64,000 nucleotides of DNA from an uncultured Alphaproteobacteria bacterium. GTDB lineage: Bacteria > Pseudomonadota > Alphaproteobacteria > HIMB59. Below are positions 51,165 through 62,474 of this stretch, piece by piece. Under the pieces are notes generated by a model that made no database searches, was not told the DNA's origin, and was given only the letters and a program-made list of their open reading frames with translations. The position numbers and the translations under genes are program-made. How positions within the stretch are numbered: the stretch's first letter is position 1; each line of letters begins with the position of its first letter. The stretch is taken from positions 29,101 to 93,100 of the forward strand of contig CACJEH010000001.1 in assembly GCA_902592365.1 (NCBI GenBank), written 5' to 3'.

Positions 51165-51633
51165 CTATAATATTGTTTAACATGTGAAAACATTCTTTCA
51201 CTGTGCCTTTTTGAATTTGAATTCTAGAAAGTTTTGGATTGAAATTTAATTTTTCGATATAAATATTTTTTTTAAAATATAATCCGATAAAAACTAAACC
51301 TACAGGTTTTAATTTAGTACCACCGTTTGGACCAGCTACACCTGTTGTTGAAAATGTTAGCTGACTTTTGGAAATCTTGTGTAAATGTAAACACATTTGA
51401 GCACATACTTGACGGCTGACCGCACCGTACCTTTTGATAGTACTTGGTTTGACTTTGAGATTTTTAATTTTTGAGTCATTTGAATATGTTATCAATCCAG
51501 TTTTATAAATTTTAGATATACCAGACACAGCTGTAAATTCTGCTGCAAGCAAACCACCTGTACAGGACTCTGCTGTTGAAACTGATATGTTTTTATCGAG
51601 TAAATATTTGATTGTTTTCGAAACGACGCTCAT
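51154..51633 (-). CDS. CinA C-terminal domain / NMN amidohydrolase (PncC-like)
   Basis: AESCTGG, YSN..K, GAVS, TGVAGP.GG...KPVG.V. Confidence 0.88.
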   Translation of the reverse strand: MSVVSKTIKYLLDKNISVSTAESCTGGLLAAEFTAVSGISKIYKTGLITYSNDSKIKNLKVKPSTIKRYGAVSRQVCAQMCLHLHKISKSQLTFSTTGVAGPNGGTKLKPVGLVFIGLYFKKNIYIEKLNFNPKLSRIQIQKGTVKECFHMLNNIIDEL

Positions 51634-51757
51634 AAGCTAGTTATACTTATTATAAGGACGAAGAAATAACAATGATGCTTATTGGTATAAAAAAAATGCA
51701 TAATTAATCCCCATATTTCACAATAAATGTGGATAAATTAACAAAATTTGTCTATAC

Positions 51758-51776
51758 ATATGCAAATATTGCATAT
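51758..51776. promoter_or_regulatory. 19-bp palindrome, candidate operator
   Basis: ATATGCAA-ATA-TTGCATAT upstream of a small ORF. Confidence 0.5.
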
Positions 51777-51822
51777 TACTATGAAATCCTATAACCTAAT
51801 TAAAGGAATCATGGAGGTTTAT

Positions 51823-51906
51823 ATGGCAGATATGTTTACAGGACACTACCCCTTTATAGTTATGATTATTTGGTTCATAGCAGGTTTCATCGGATCAAAA
51901 ATGTGA
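51823..51906 (+). CDS. 27-aa hydrophobic peptide MADMFTGHYPFIVMIIWFIAGFIGSKM
   Basis: GGAGG RBS at 51813-51817; one TM-length hydrophobic stretch; in-frame upstream ATGs at 51781 and 51811. Confidence 0.65.
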   Translation: MADMFTGHYPFIVMIIWFIAGFIGSKM

Positions 51907-51913
51907 TTGTGAT

Positions 51914-51935
51914 GAGGGCAGTCCACGCTGCCCTC
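51914..51935 (+). terminator. GC-rich hairpin after the small peptide gene (no U-tract)
   Basis: GAGGGCAG-tccacg-CTGCCCTC. Confidence 0.55.
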
Positions 51936-52019
51936 TCCCTACTCTAAAAGATGACATTATTACCCTTGCTGAAGCATTTGTGAGGGAATAATGTATCTTT
52001 ATTTAAATCAGGAGAGAGA

Positions 52020-53333
52020 ATGAATAAGCCAAATAATCTAGAACCGTTGTGGATGCCTTTCACTCCTAACAAAGTATTTAAGAAAGACCCAAGAATTATT
52101 GTCGGTGCTAAAGATATGCATTTTATTAGTGACGATAATCGAGAAATTTTAGATGGCACTGCAGGGCTATGGTGTGTAAACGCCGGTCATGGTAGAAAAA
52201 AAATTCAAGAAGCAGTAAATAAACAAATTGAAAATCTTGATTACTCTCCACCTTTTCAATTTGGACATCCAAAACAATTTGAACTAGCTAATCGTTTAGC
52301 AGAAATTTTTCCTGAAGGAATGAATCATGTTTTCTTTTCTAATTCAGGATCTGAAGCAGTTGATAGTGCATTAAAAATTGCACTAGCTTATCAACGTGCA
52401 CGTGGACATTCATCTAAAACTAGATTAATAGGTCGCGAAAGAGGTTATCATGGTGTGGGTTTTGGAGGAATAAGTGTAGGTGGTATGGTAAAAAATAGAA
52501 TGTACTTCGGATCAATGCTAAACGGTGTTGACCATTTACGCCATACCCACAATTTAAAATTAAATGCTTTTTCAAAAGGTGAACCTGAACATGGAGCAGA
52601 ACTTGCCGATGATTTAGAGCGTCTTGTTCAATTGCATGATGCATCGACTATTGCAGCTGTAATTGTTGAGCCAATTGCTGGATCAACTGGTGCGCTGCCT
52701 CCGCCTAAAGGATACTTAAAAAGATTAAGAGAGCTCTGCACAAAACATGACATTTTATTAATTTTTGATGAAGTCGTAACTGCTTTTGGCCGTATGGGAA
52801 AAGCAACTGGCTCTGAGTTTTTTGGTGTAACACCAGATATTATTTCATGTGCAAAAGGCATTACAAATGCCACCATCCCTATGGGTGCAACCATAGTTCA
52901 AGACTTTATTTATGAATCAATGATGGAAAATGCAGATGCTCCAATAGAATTATTTCATGGATATACTTACTCTGGTCATCCTGTTGCTTGCGCTGCAGCC
53001 TTAGCAACACTAGATATTTATCAGGAAGAGGGATTATTTGATAATGCTGCTCATATGGCTCCTATTATTGAAGAAGCCGCTCATAGCCTGAAGGGAACAA
53101 AACATATAATCGATATTAGAAATTTAGGAGTGATTGCAGCACTAGAATTAGAGCCTAAAGGTAACGCAGTTGGTGCAAGAGGGTTTGAAACCATGAAAAA
53201 AGCTTGGGATCTTGGCTTAATGGTAAGAGCTAACGGAGATACGCTTGCTTTTTCTCCACCTTTAATAATTAACGAAAATCAGGTCGATGAAATGTTTACA
53301 AAAGTAAAAAAAGCCCTGGAACAAGTAGACTAA
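52020..53333 (+). CDS. Class III aminotransferase (omega-amino acid/beta-alanine:pyruvate transaminase-like)
   Basis: WMPFT, DGTAGLWC, NSGSEAVD, IFDEV.TAFGR, AKG.TN, HGYTYSGHP. Confidence 0.9.
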   Translation: MNKPNNLEPLWMPFTPNKVFKKDPRIIVGAKDMHFISDDNREILDGTAGLWCVNAGHGRKKIQEAVNKQIENLDYSPPFQFGHPKQFELANRLAEIFPEGMNHVFFSNSGSEAVDSALKIALAYQRARGHSSKTRLIGRERGYHGVGFGGISVGGMVKNRMYFGSMLNGVDHLRHTHNLKLNAFSKGEPEHGAELADDLERLVQLHDASTIAAVIVEPIAGSTGALPPPKGYLKRLRELCTKHDILLIFDEVVTAFGRMGKATGSEFFGVTPDIISCAKGITNATIPMGATIVQDFIYESMMENADAPIELFHGYTYSGHPVACAAALATLDIYQEEGLFDNAAHMAPIIEEAAHSLKGTKHIIDIRNLGVIAALELEPKGNAVGARGFETMKKAWDLGLMVRANGDTLAFSPPLIINENQVDEMFTKVKKALEQVD

Positions 53334-53511
53334 AAACGTTCCCCACTTCAACCTTACGCTGACTCGAAAATGCAACTTTGTATGTGTAATTTCACATTTA
53401 CTTACCAATCTTTATATCAAGACTTCCTGAAAAAATGATTTTATAAAAAGACATAAAAAAAATAGAGGTTTTATTTCGAACTATGTCAGCAAAAATTATT
53501 ACTTGACTAAT

Positions 53512-53532
53512 AAATGTTATATTATTACAAAT
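53512..53532. promoter_or_regulatory. Zur box overlapping a promoter (TTGACT at 53503)
   Basis: AAATGTTAT-ATT-ATTACAAAT versus the Zur core TGTTATnnnATAACA; upstream of a COG0523 gene. Confidence 0.7.
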
Positions 53533-53598
53533 TTTGATTACAGTATTTTGAAACAGTTAATAATGAAAACAAATCAACTTATAAAAAAGGTATCTTAA

Positions 53599-54570
53599 TT
53601 GGATAATCTTCATCAAGTGCCAGTAACAGTCTTAACAGGATTTCTTGGAGCAGGAAAAACAACTCTTTTAAATCGAATTTTAACAGAACAACACGGAAAA
53701 AAATATGCTGTAATTGTTAATGAGTTTGGTGAACAAGGGATTGATAATGATCTTGTTGTTGATGCTGATGAGGAAGTTTTTGAGATGAATAATGGTTGCA
53801 TTTGTTGCACTGTTAGAGGTGATTTAATCCGTATTTTAAGTGGACTTATGAAACGGGCCGACAAACTAGACGCAATAATAGTAGAGACCACAGGATTAGC
53901 TGACCCTGCCCCCGTTGCTCAAACATTTTTTGTTGATCAAGACGTTGCTGATCGAACAAAGTTAGATGCGATTGTTACAGTTGCAGATGCTGTACATTTA
54001 AGTTCACAATTAACAGATCATCATGAAGCAGAGGAACAAATTGCATTCGCAGATGTGGTATTGTTAAACAAAATGGATCTTGTAGATGAGGGCGGATTAA
54101 AGACTGTTAAAGAAAGAATAAAAAAGATTAATCCTTTTGCAAAAATTATTAATACAACAAAATGTGGTGCTCCTTTAAGTGAGATTCTTGATTTAGATGC
54201 ATTTAGTTTAAAACGAGTTTTAGATGTAGAACCTGATTTTCTCACATCAGATCATGACCATGAGCATGATGATGACGTAACAAGTTTATCTTTTGTCTCT
54301 AAAACACCTCTAGATATGGAAAAATTTCAAAACTGGTTTAGCAAATTATTACAAACAAAGGGTCAGGATATATTAAGATCTAAGGGTATTCTTGACTTTA
54401 AAGGAGAGAGTGATCGATACGTATTCCAAGGTGTACATATGTTGATGGATGCATCAAAAATGGATAAATGGCCAGAGGGGAAAGACCGTAGCTCTCGTAT
54501 TGTTTTTATTGGCAGAAATCTTGAAAGTATGAATTTAAGAGAAGGATTTGAAAACTGTAAATCAGCATGA
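53599..54570 (+). CDS. COG0523/CobW-family metallochaperone GTPase
   Basis: GFLGAGKTT, NEFGE, GCICC, ETTGLADP, NKMD, His-rich DHDHEHD. Confidence 0.92.
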   Translation: MDNLHQVPVTVLTGFLGAGKTTLLNRILTEQHGKKYAVIVNEFGEQGIDNDLVVDADEEVFEMNNGCICCTVRGDLIRILSGLMKRADKLDAIIVETTGLADPAPVAQTFFVDQDVADRTKLDAIVTVADAVHLSSQLTDHHEAEEQIAFADVVLLNKMDLVDEGGLKTVKERIKKINPFAKIINTTKCGAPLSEILDLDAFSLKRVLDVEPDFLTSDHDHEHDDDVTSLSFVSKTPLDMEKFQNWFSKLLQTKGQDILRSKGILDFKGESDRYVFQGVHMLMDASKMDKWPEGKDRSSRIVFIGRNLESMNLREGFENCKSA

Positions 54571-55613
54571 ATGCTGATGCTAAAAACTTCCAAGAATTAA
54601 ATAAAACTAAATTTGAACAAAGAGGAACTGTATTTAATTTTGGAATCCCAATCACTAATGCTGTCTCAATAGGAAATTCTATAGCAGTTGGTTTTGGAGA
54701 TGGTAGTGTGAGAATATTTAACTCTGAACAAAGTTCTGAGCCGATAAAAGCTCACAAAAGTATTGTTTTATGCATGTCCAAAGATGGTAATAATATTTTA
54801 ACTGGTGGAGATGATGGTCGGTTTTTAAAAATCTCTCTTAATGGTGAGGTTAAGGAAATTGGGAACTTTGGATCTCGTTGGGTAGATAATGTAACTGCGA
54901 GTAATGGGAGTTTAGTTTGTTCATCTGGAAAGGTTGTATATCTCTGGGCACCGGATAAAAAAGTGCCAAAATTATTTGAACATGATAGTACCATTGGGGG
55001 AGTTGCATTCGATAAAAAAGGAAGAAGAATGGCAGTTTCTCGATATGGAGGAGTAACTCTTTGGAAGAAAGATTACAGTAATAAATGGAAATCATCAGAC
55101 TTGATTTGGAAAGGCTCTCACAACAAAGTAATTTTTAGTCCTGATGGAAAATACTTGGTGACATCTATGCAAGAAAACCGCTTACATTTTTGGCGTTTAA
55201 AAGATAAATATGCTGCAGGAATGTCAGGATATGTAACAAAAGTTAAAAGTTTTGCTTTTGCTCATGACTCAAAATATTTAGCAACTTCAGGGGCTGAATA
55301 TACGGTTTGTTGGCCATTTGATGGAGATGGACCAGAGGGTCGTGAACCTATTTGTTTTCCATATTTAGGAAAAAAACTAGTCAAATTAGTAGAGCCATTT
55401 CCTAATGAAAATGCAATTTTTACTGGATTTAGTGATGGCTCAGTTTTTTTGTCTCAAATTGAAAATTTAGATAATACAATTATTATTCGGAGTTCTACTA
55501 GCTCTGAAGTCTCAGCTATAGCAGTAACTAGTGATCGTTCAAATTTATTGATAGGTGATATGGGTGGAAATATTTTGTGGACATCGATATGGGGCGATGA
55601 GGAAAATAATTAA
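54567..55613 (+). CDS. WD40-repeat beta-propeller protein
   Basis: TGGDDG, WKGSH....FSPDGKYLVTSMQE, MSGY..KVKS, LATSGA. Confidence 0.85.
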   Translation: MNADAKNFQELNKTKFEQRGTVFNFGIPITNAVSIGNSIAVGFGDGSVRIFNSEQSSEPIKAHKSIVLCMSKDGNNILTGGDDGRFLKISLNGEVKEIGNFGSRWVDNVTASNGSLVCSSGKVVYLWAPDKKVPKLFEHDSTIGGVAFDKKGRRMAVSRYGGVTLWKKDYSNKWKSSDLIWKGSHNKVIFSPDGKYLVTSMQENRLHFWRLKDKYAAGMSGYVTKVKSFAFAHDSKYLATSGAEYTVCWPFDGDGPEGREPICFPYLGKKLVKLVEPFPNENAIFTGFSDGSVFLSQIENLDNTIIIRSSTSSEVSAIAVTSDRSNLLIGDMGGNILWTSIWGDEENN

Positions 55614-55855
55614 TGTTTAACAAAAAAAAACCAAATGCAGAAGCTATAAGAAATTTAAAAAAATTATTAACAAAGAAATTTAAATTGACAGAAAATACAA
55701 TTTTAAATGTTGCAGAACTAAATTGTCATGAACCCGATTGTCCACCTACAGAAACTGTAATTACAGCTAGAAAAAAAGACAAATTAACAAAAATTTGGCG
55801 TGTACATAAACCTATAGATGAAATATTAGAGTCTGATATTAATTCACTAGATTAA
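55613..55855 (+). CDS. Small protein with an ELxCxExxCPPxETVI motif
   Basis: TAATG coupling to the WD40 gene; Cys/His motif. Confidence 0.7.
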   Translation: MFNKKKPNAEAIRNLKKLLTKKFKLTENTILNVAELNCHEPDCPPTETVITARKKDKLTKIWRVHKPIDEILESDINSLD

Positions 55856-56000
55856 TTCCTAGATTTAATTATTTGTAAAAAATATGTATCATTAAACTAG
55901 TGCTAGCAGAAAACAATAGAGATGGTTAATCAAGGTATGTAACTAAAAATTCATAATACATTTCTTTAAAACTTAGCAATGATACATTAAGACTTAAAAA

Positions 56001-56645
56001 ATGCAAAAATACATATCTGAATTTATAGGCACATTTATTTTATTAGTATCAATTGTTGGATCTGGCATAGCAGGACAGCAATATACGAATGATCAAATGG
56101 TAATTTTATTTAGTCATGCTGTTGTCATAGGTTTCACACTAATTTTTATAATTAGAATATTTGCAAATTTTTCTGGAGCTCATTTTAATCCTATTGTTTC
56201 AATTATATTTTTCTTACAAAAAGAATTAAGTTCTAGGGATTTATTTCTTTATATACTAATACAAATCATTGCAGCTGTACTAGGCACACTTTTTGCTAAT
56301 TATATTTTTGGATTAAATGTAATTGAAATTTCTTCAAATATAAGAAGTGGAGCAAATATATATATTTCCGAAATTTTTGCTGCAACTGGATTATTATTGG
56401 TCATACTTTTATCTAGAGCAGATGGTAAAAATGTAGTTTCATTTAATGTTGGTATTTATATTACAGCAGCTCTTATATTTACATCATCTACAAGTTTTGC
56501 AAATCCGGCTGTAACAATTGCTAGAATGTTTACTGAGTCATTTACGGGTATTAATCCCTCGACCGTAATATTTTTTATTACTTGTCAAGTTATTGGAATG
56601 TTTGCTGCCTACATTTTGTATAATCAGTTCTTTAAAAGTAAATAA
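56001..56645 (+). CDS. MIP/aquaporin family channel (AqpS-like)
   Basis: EFIGT...VGSGI, SGAHFNPI, TSSTSFANPAVT. Confidence 0.88.
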   Translation: MQKYISEFIGTFILLVSIVGSGIAGQQYTNDQMVILFSHAVVIGFTLIFIIRIFANFSGAHFNPIVSIIFFLQKELSSRDLFLYILIQIIAAVLGTLFANYIFGLNVIEISSNIRSGANIYISEIFAATGLLLVILLSRADGKNVVSFNVGIYITAALIFTSSTSFANPAVTIARMFTESFTGINPSTVIFFITCQVIGMFAAYILYNQFFKSK

Positions 56646-56738
56646 TTTCAAGGATTTTGTAAATTATTAACAGAGACAATTCGTATTGTTGACTTACTTA
56701 CAGGTTAAATTTTAATAACTTCAATATTAATTAAGTAG

Positions 56739-58901
<2,163 letters not shown>

Positions 58902-58904
58902 TTA

Positions 58905-59567
58905 ATGTTCAATTATGGTAATATCCAACTTAAAGTTTGTGGTATTACAGATCAAAAATCTTTAGAAGTAATTCAAAAGTACTCTGTAAGTAGGGTGGGC
59001 CTTGTAAGTGATTTCTTATATGGCCCAAATACACTTAGCACTAAAGAAATTCAAGAACTGACTATTTCATCCTACGATTTAAAATTAAATCCAATTTTAT
59101 TGATTGGAAATATAAAGATGCAAGAAGTAATTAGTATCGTAAATGATGTAGCAATAAAAGAGGTTTGCATATCTAATCAATATAAAAATGAAGAAATTGA
59201 ATTGCTGAATAATAAAACAGATGCAAAAATTTCAATTTCGGTAAATTATGAGAATTTTGACTATAATTTCTTTGAAGAGATTTTAAATAATATAAGTAGT
59301 TTTTATTACGATTTAAATATTTACAGAAAAGATACTATTGAAAAAAAATCTCTTGTGGAATGTGAAAAACAAATCAATCAATTAAAGATCTTTGCAAAAC
59401 CTCTCTACCTTGGTGGGGGAATAAATATAGATAACATAAAAGAGGCAATTAAAACAATATCTCCTCATGGAATTGATATTTCAACAGGTTTAAAACAATC
59501 TAATAGTGTGGATGAGGAAAAGCTTAAAAAAATCCTTGATAATCTTGGGTTTGACGAGATTTCTTAA
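58905..59567 (+). CDS. Divergent phosphoribosylanthranilate isomerase (TrpF)-like TIM barrel
   Basis: KVCGIT, LGGGINIDNI and GIDISTG present; QLHG and GGTG motifs absent. Confidence 0.6.
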   Translation: MFNYGNIQLKVCGITDQKSLEVIQKYSVSRVGLVSDFLYGPNTLSTKEIQELTISSYDLKLNPILLIGNIKMQEVISIVNDVAIKEVCISNQYKNEEIELLNNKTDAKISISVNYENFDYNFFEEILNNISSFYYDLNIYRKDTIEKKSLVECEKQINQLKIFAKPLYLGGGINIDNIKEAIKTISPHGIDISTGLKQSNSVDEEKLKKILDNLGFDEIS

Positions 59568-60051
59568 TAATAAATCGTTCATCTAAATTATTTATGAGTC
59601 TTTTGTAAGTATATTGGGTCTTTAAATCAATAAAATTAGGATTGAGGTCTAAAACAGGCTGTATAACAAAATCTCTTAAATGTGAGGAAGAATGAGGAAT
59701 TGATATTAAATGATTTTTAACTTTCAAGTTTTCGAATTGAATAAGATCTAAATCAATTCTTCTTGGCCCATTCTCTAAAATTTTATTTTTTTTAATCAGC
59801 TTTTCTACAGCGTTTATTTTTATAAATAGATCATTAAAAAATAAATTAGTGAGAAATAAAAAGGCAGCATTATGAAAATATTTTTGGGTGGTTAAACCAA
59901 AGGGCTTGGTAAAATAAACCCTACTTACCTTTTTAACATAACCAAATTTATTCATTAAATTTAATGCATTGTTAAAATTACTTCTCCAATTGCCTATATT
60001 TGATCCGATAGCAATATATGATTTATATCGATACGCTAACTTTTTTTGCAT
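59524..60051 (-). CDS. folK: 2-amino-4-hydroxy-6-hydroxymethyldihydropteridine diphosphokinase
   Basis: IAIGSNIG, GPRRIDLD, IPH....RDFV. Confidence 0.88.
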   Translation of the reverse strand: MQKKLAYRYKSYIAIGSNIGNWRSNFNNALNLMNKFGYVKKVSRVYFTKPFGLTTQKYFHNAAFLFLTNLFFNDLFIKINAVEKLIKKNKILENGPRRIDLDLIQFENLKVKNHLISIPHSSSHLRDFVIQPVLDLNPNFIDLKTQYTYKRLINNLDERFIIKKSRQTQDYQGFF

Positions 60052-60370
60052 TGTATTTTTTAGCAATCTCAATTTTATTTATTTCTAATTTTTCTATTTG
60101 AATTGGAAACTTATCATCTAATTGTTTTTTAAGGTCTGTTATTAATTTTTCCAATGTTTTATATTGAGAAGCTGAAACAAATTTAATTATTTCATTTTTA
60201 ATATCTGAATAGCTTGTAACATTTTCAATATTGTCAAGATCTTGATTATGATCAATGTCTAACTGACATTTTATACTTATTAATATAGTTTGGGGTTTTA
60301 ACCTTTCTTCTTCGAACACCCCAATAATTGTGTCGACTTTTAGCTCTTCTATTTCGATAAAAAATTTCAT
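60023..60370 (-). CDS. folB: Dihydroneopterin aldolase
   Basis: IIGVFEEER..PQ, SY, TLE; lies between folP and folK. Confidence 0.8.
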   Translation of the reverse strand: MKFFIEIEELKVDTIIGVFEEERLKPQTILISIKCQLDIDHNQDLDNIENVTSYSDIKNEIIKFVSASQYKTLEKLITDLKKQLDDKFPIQIEKLEINKIEIAKKYNAKKVSVSI

Positions 60371-61182
60371 TTATTTAATGCTTTCAAAACTTTTATCATT
60401 TGATTTGTCTCTTTGACATCATGAATTCTATATGTATGAACATTTTGTTCGAGAGCATGCGCTACAGAAGCTAAAGATCCTCCAATCCTTTCATCGGCTT
60501 TTGATGGATCAATATAGTTTATCCAACTTTTTCGTGAGGATCCCAATAATACTTGGATATTTGCACTACTGAATTTCTTCAAAGATTTCATTAATTGTAA
60601 ATTTTGATTTAGTGTTTTGCCAAATCCTATACCAGGATCAAACCATACCTTTTTGAGATTAATCTTCATTTTATTAAGTATTTTCAATCTTTTTTTAATA
60701 AAATAATCAAATTCTCTTACCATATTTACTCTGGAGTTAAGTTTTTTTTGCATTTCCTTTGGCGTTCCTCTTTTGTGCATTAAGAAAAGACCTGCGTTAT
60801 ATTTCTTTATAAGTTTAAATAGCTCTTCTGACCCTCCATTAATATCATTAATAATATGGGCACCTTTTTTTAGTGCATACTCTTGGGACTCAATTTTATA
60901 CGAGTCCACAGAGACAAGGTATTTCTTATAGTTTAAATATGGTAAGATTTTGGATAAACGATTTATTTCTTCAATATATGTAATTGGCTCGCTATTTGGT
61001 CTAGTGCTTTCAGCACCAATATCAATAATTTGTGCACCATCTTTAACCATTGCATTTATATGTTTCAATGCAGTAGATCGTGAAAATGTTTTTCCTCCAT
61101 CACTAAATGAGTCAGGTGTAAAATTACATATACCGACTAATAAAGGCTTTTTCAAAGCAAAGGAATGTTGATTAAATTTCAT
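60367..61182 (-). CDS. folP: Dihydropteroate synthase
   Basis: N.TPDSFSDGG, DIGAESTRP, DPGIGFGK, SRKS, RIHDV. Confidence 0.95.
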   Translation of the reverse strand: MKFNQHSFALKKPLLVGICNFTPDSFSDGGKTFSRSTALKHINAMVKDGAQIIDIGAESTRPNSEPITYIEEINRLSKILPYLNYKKYLVSVDSYKIESQEYALKKGAHIINDINGGSEELFKLIKKYNAGLFLMHKRGTPKEMQKKLNSRVNMVREFDYFIKKRLKILNKMKINLKKVWFDPGIGFGKTLNQNLQLMKSLKKFSSANIQVLLGSSRKSWINYIDPSKADERIGGSLASVAHALEQNVHTYRIHDVKETNQMIKVLKALNK

Positions 61183-61951
61183 AATAATTCCTTTTTATCA
61201 TAGTTTCATAATCTTTTTTTAATTTTTGAAAATATTTTGTAGACGCTCTCTTCCATAAAATACTTTGAATTTTTTTTATTGAGGTAATACCTCTACCAGA
61301 GCCAATCGATAATATCTCACTGTACTCTTTTAGATCCTCTAATAAAATTTTTCTTTTAATAAATTTCGATTTTGATATTTCTTCAATAAGCTTCAAAGTA
61401 TTTCCATGATAATACCCAGTTTTAGGAATATAAATTTTATCTCCTTTTACGAAAACTAAATTTGTGACTGCTCCTTCTGTAATTTCATTATCTCTTAGTA
61501 ATATAATTTCATTTTCAGAGTAATTTATTTCACTCATGAATTTTAATAATTTTTTGTAAAATAAGTTTTTATTTTTAAAGTCTCTTCTTTTGTATTTTTT
61601 TATAAATCCAATGACACTATCTTTAGTTGTTGTTCTCTTTCTAAACGAAATTGATAATGTTGTTCCATTAGTTGCTATTCTCAACAAGTGATTGAAATTT
61701 TTGATTTTCTTTAAATCCTCTCCCACTAAACTTCTGATAATGTTTAAATCTATTTTGGTAGCAAATTTATAATCCCGACATGTTGTGTTAAAAGTCCTCA
61801 AATATTTATTTAAACCTATTAACCTAGGTGTTTTTCCAATCATAGGTATGGATGTAAAAACACCTTTTTGACCCCACAGTGGCTTAAATTGTGAGGTGTA
61901 ATATGAATTATTTTTTATATTGAATGATTTTTCGAATAAATTGTTTGCCAT
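61172..61951 (-). CDS. pabC: Divergent class IV aminotransferase / aminodeoxychorismate lyase
   Basis: K.L.Y region, EGAVTNLVF, G.T; operon position between pabA and folP. Confidence 0.65.
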   Translation of the reverse strand: MANNLFEKSFNIKNNSYYTSQFKPLWGQKGVFTSIPMIGKTPRLIGLNKYLRTFNTTCRDYKFATKIDLNIIRSLVGEDLKKIKNFNHLLRIATNGTTLSISFRKRTTTKDSVIGFIKKYKRRDFKNKNLFYKKLLKFMSEINYSENEIILLRDNEITEGAVTNLVFVKGDKIYIPKTGYYHGNTLKLIEEISKSKFIKRKILLEDLKEYSEILSIGSGRGITSIKKIQSILWKRASTKYFQKLKKDYETMIKRNYYEI

Positions 61952-62474
61952 TTGGAGTCAAAAACGAGTCTGGGTGAAATTGTAAACCACAAATATCATA
62001 TTTATGACTTTCCAAACACATTGCAACATTAGTTTCTTCACATCTCATTGTAATATGCATTGAAGAGGAATTAAATGGCTCTTTTAGTTTTAAAGAATGG
62101 TATCTACCTACTTGATATAAAGCATTATTAGGAAATCTTAAACTTTTTGAATTCGTTCTAATATAAGTCTGATAACCATGAAATATTTTTTCTTGCTTAG
62201 AAATAGTTCCACCCTCTCCATTAGCAATAAGTTGAAAACCAAGACAAATACCAATTATTTTTTTCTTTGATTTATAATTATTATAAATATCAAGTGATAC
62301 TGGGTAATCTGAGGGCTTCCCTGGTCCTGGAGAAAAAATAATGATGTCAGATTTTTTTATGGATTTTTCTTTAATGTCATAAAAATTTTTTACTTCTAAA
62401 TTACCAAATCCTGACAACAAATGTGCGAGGTTATAAGTAAAGGAGTCTTCGTGGTCAATTAAAAGTAAATTCAT
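61908..62474 (-). CDS. pabA: Aminodeoxychorismate synthase, glutamine amidotransferase subunit
   Basis: IDHEDSFTYNL, SPGPG.P, GICLG.Q, RYHSL, QFHPDS. Confidence 0.88.
   Translation of the reverse strand: MNLLLIDHEDSFTYNLAHLLSGFGNLEVKNFYDIKEKSIKKSDIIIFSPGPGKPSDYPVSLDIYNNYKSKKKIIGICLGFQLIANGEGGTISKQEKIFHGYQTYIRTNSKSLRFPNNALYQVGRYHSLKLKEPFNSSSMHITMRCEETNVAMCLESHKYDICGLQFHPDSFLTPNGKQFIRKIIQYKK

Noticed and set aside
51630-51701. 23-aa minus-strand ORF MHFFYTNKHHCYFFVLIISITSL overlapping the cinA/pncC start
   Set aside because: No RBS, very short, and it spans likely -10 elements; probably chance.
51728-51736. Perfect DnaA box as evidence for oriC
   Set aside because: A single box with no cluster and no origin-associated genes nearby; kept only as context.
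53334-53500. Intergenic stretch with 18-22 codon ORFs
   Set aside because: No RBS, motif or stable structure recognised; not a cobalamin riboswitch by eye.
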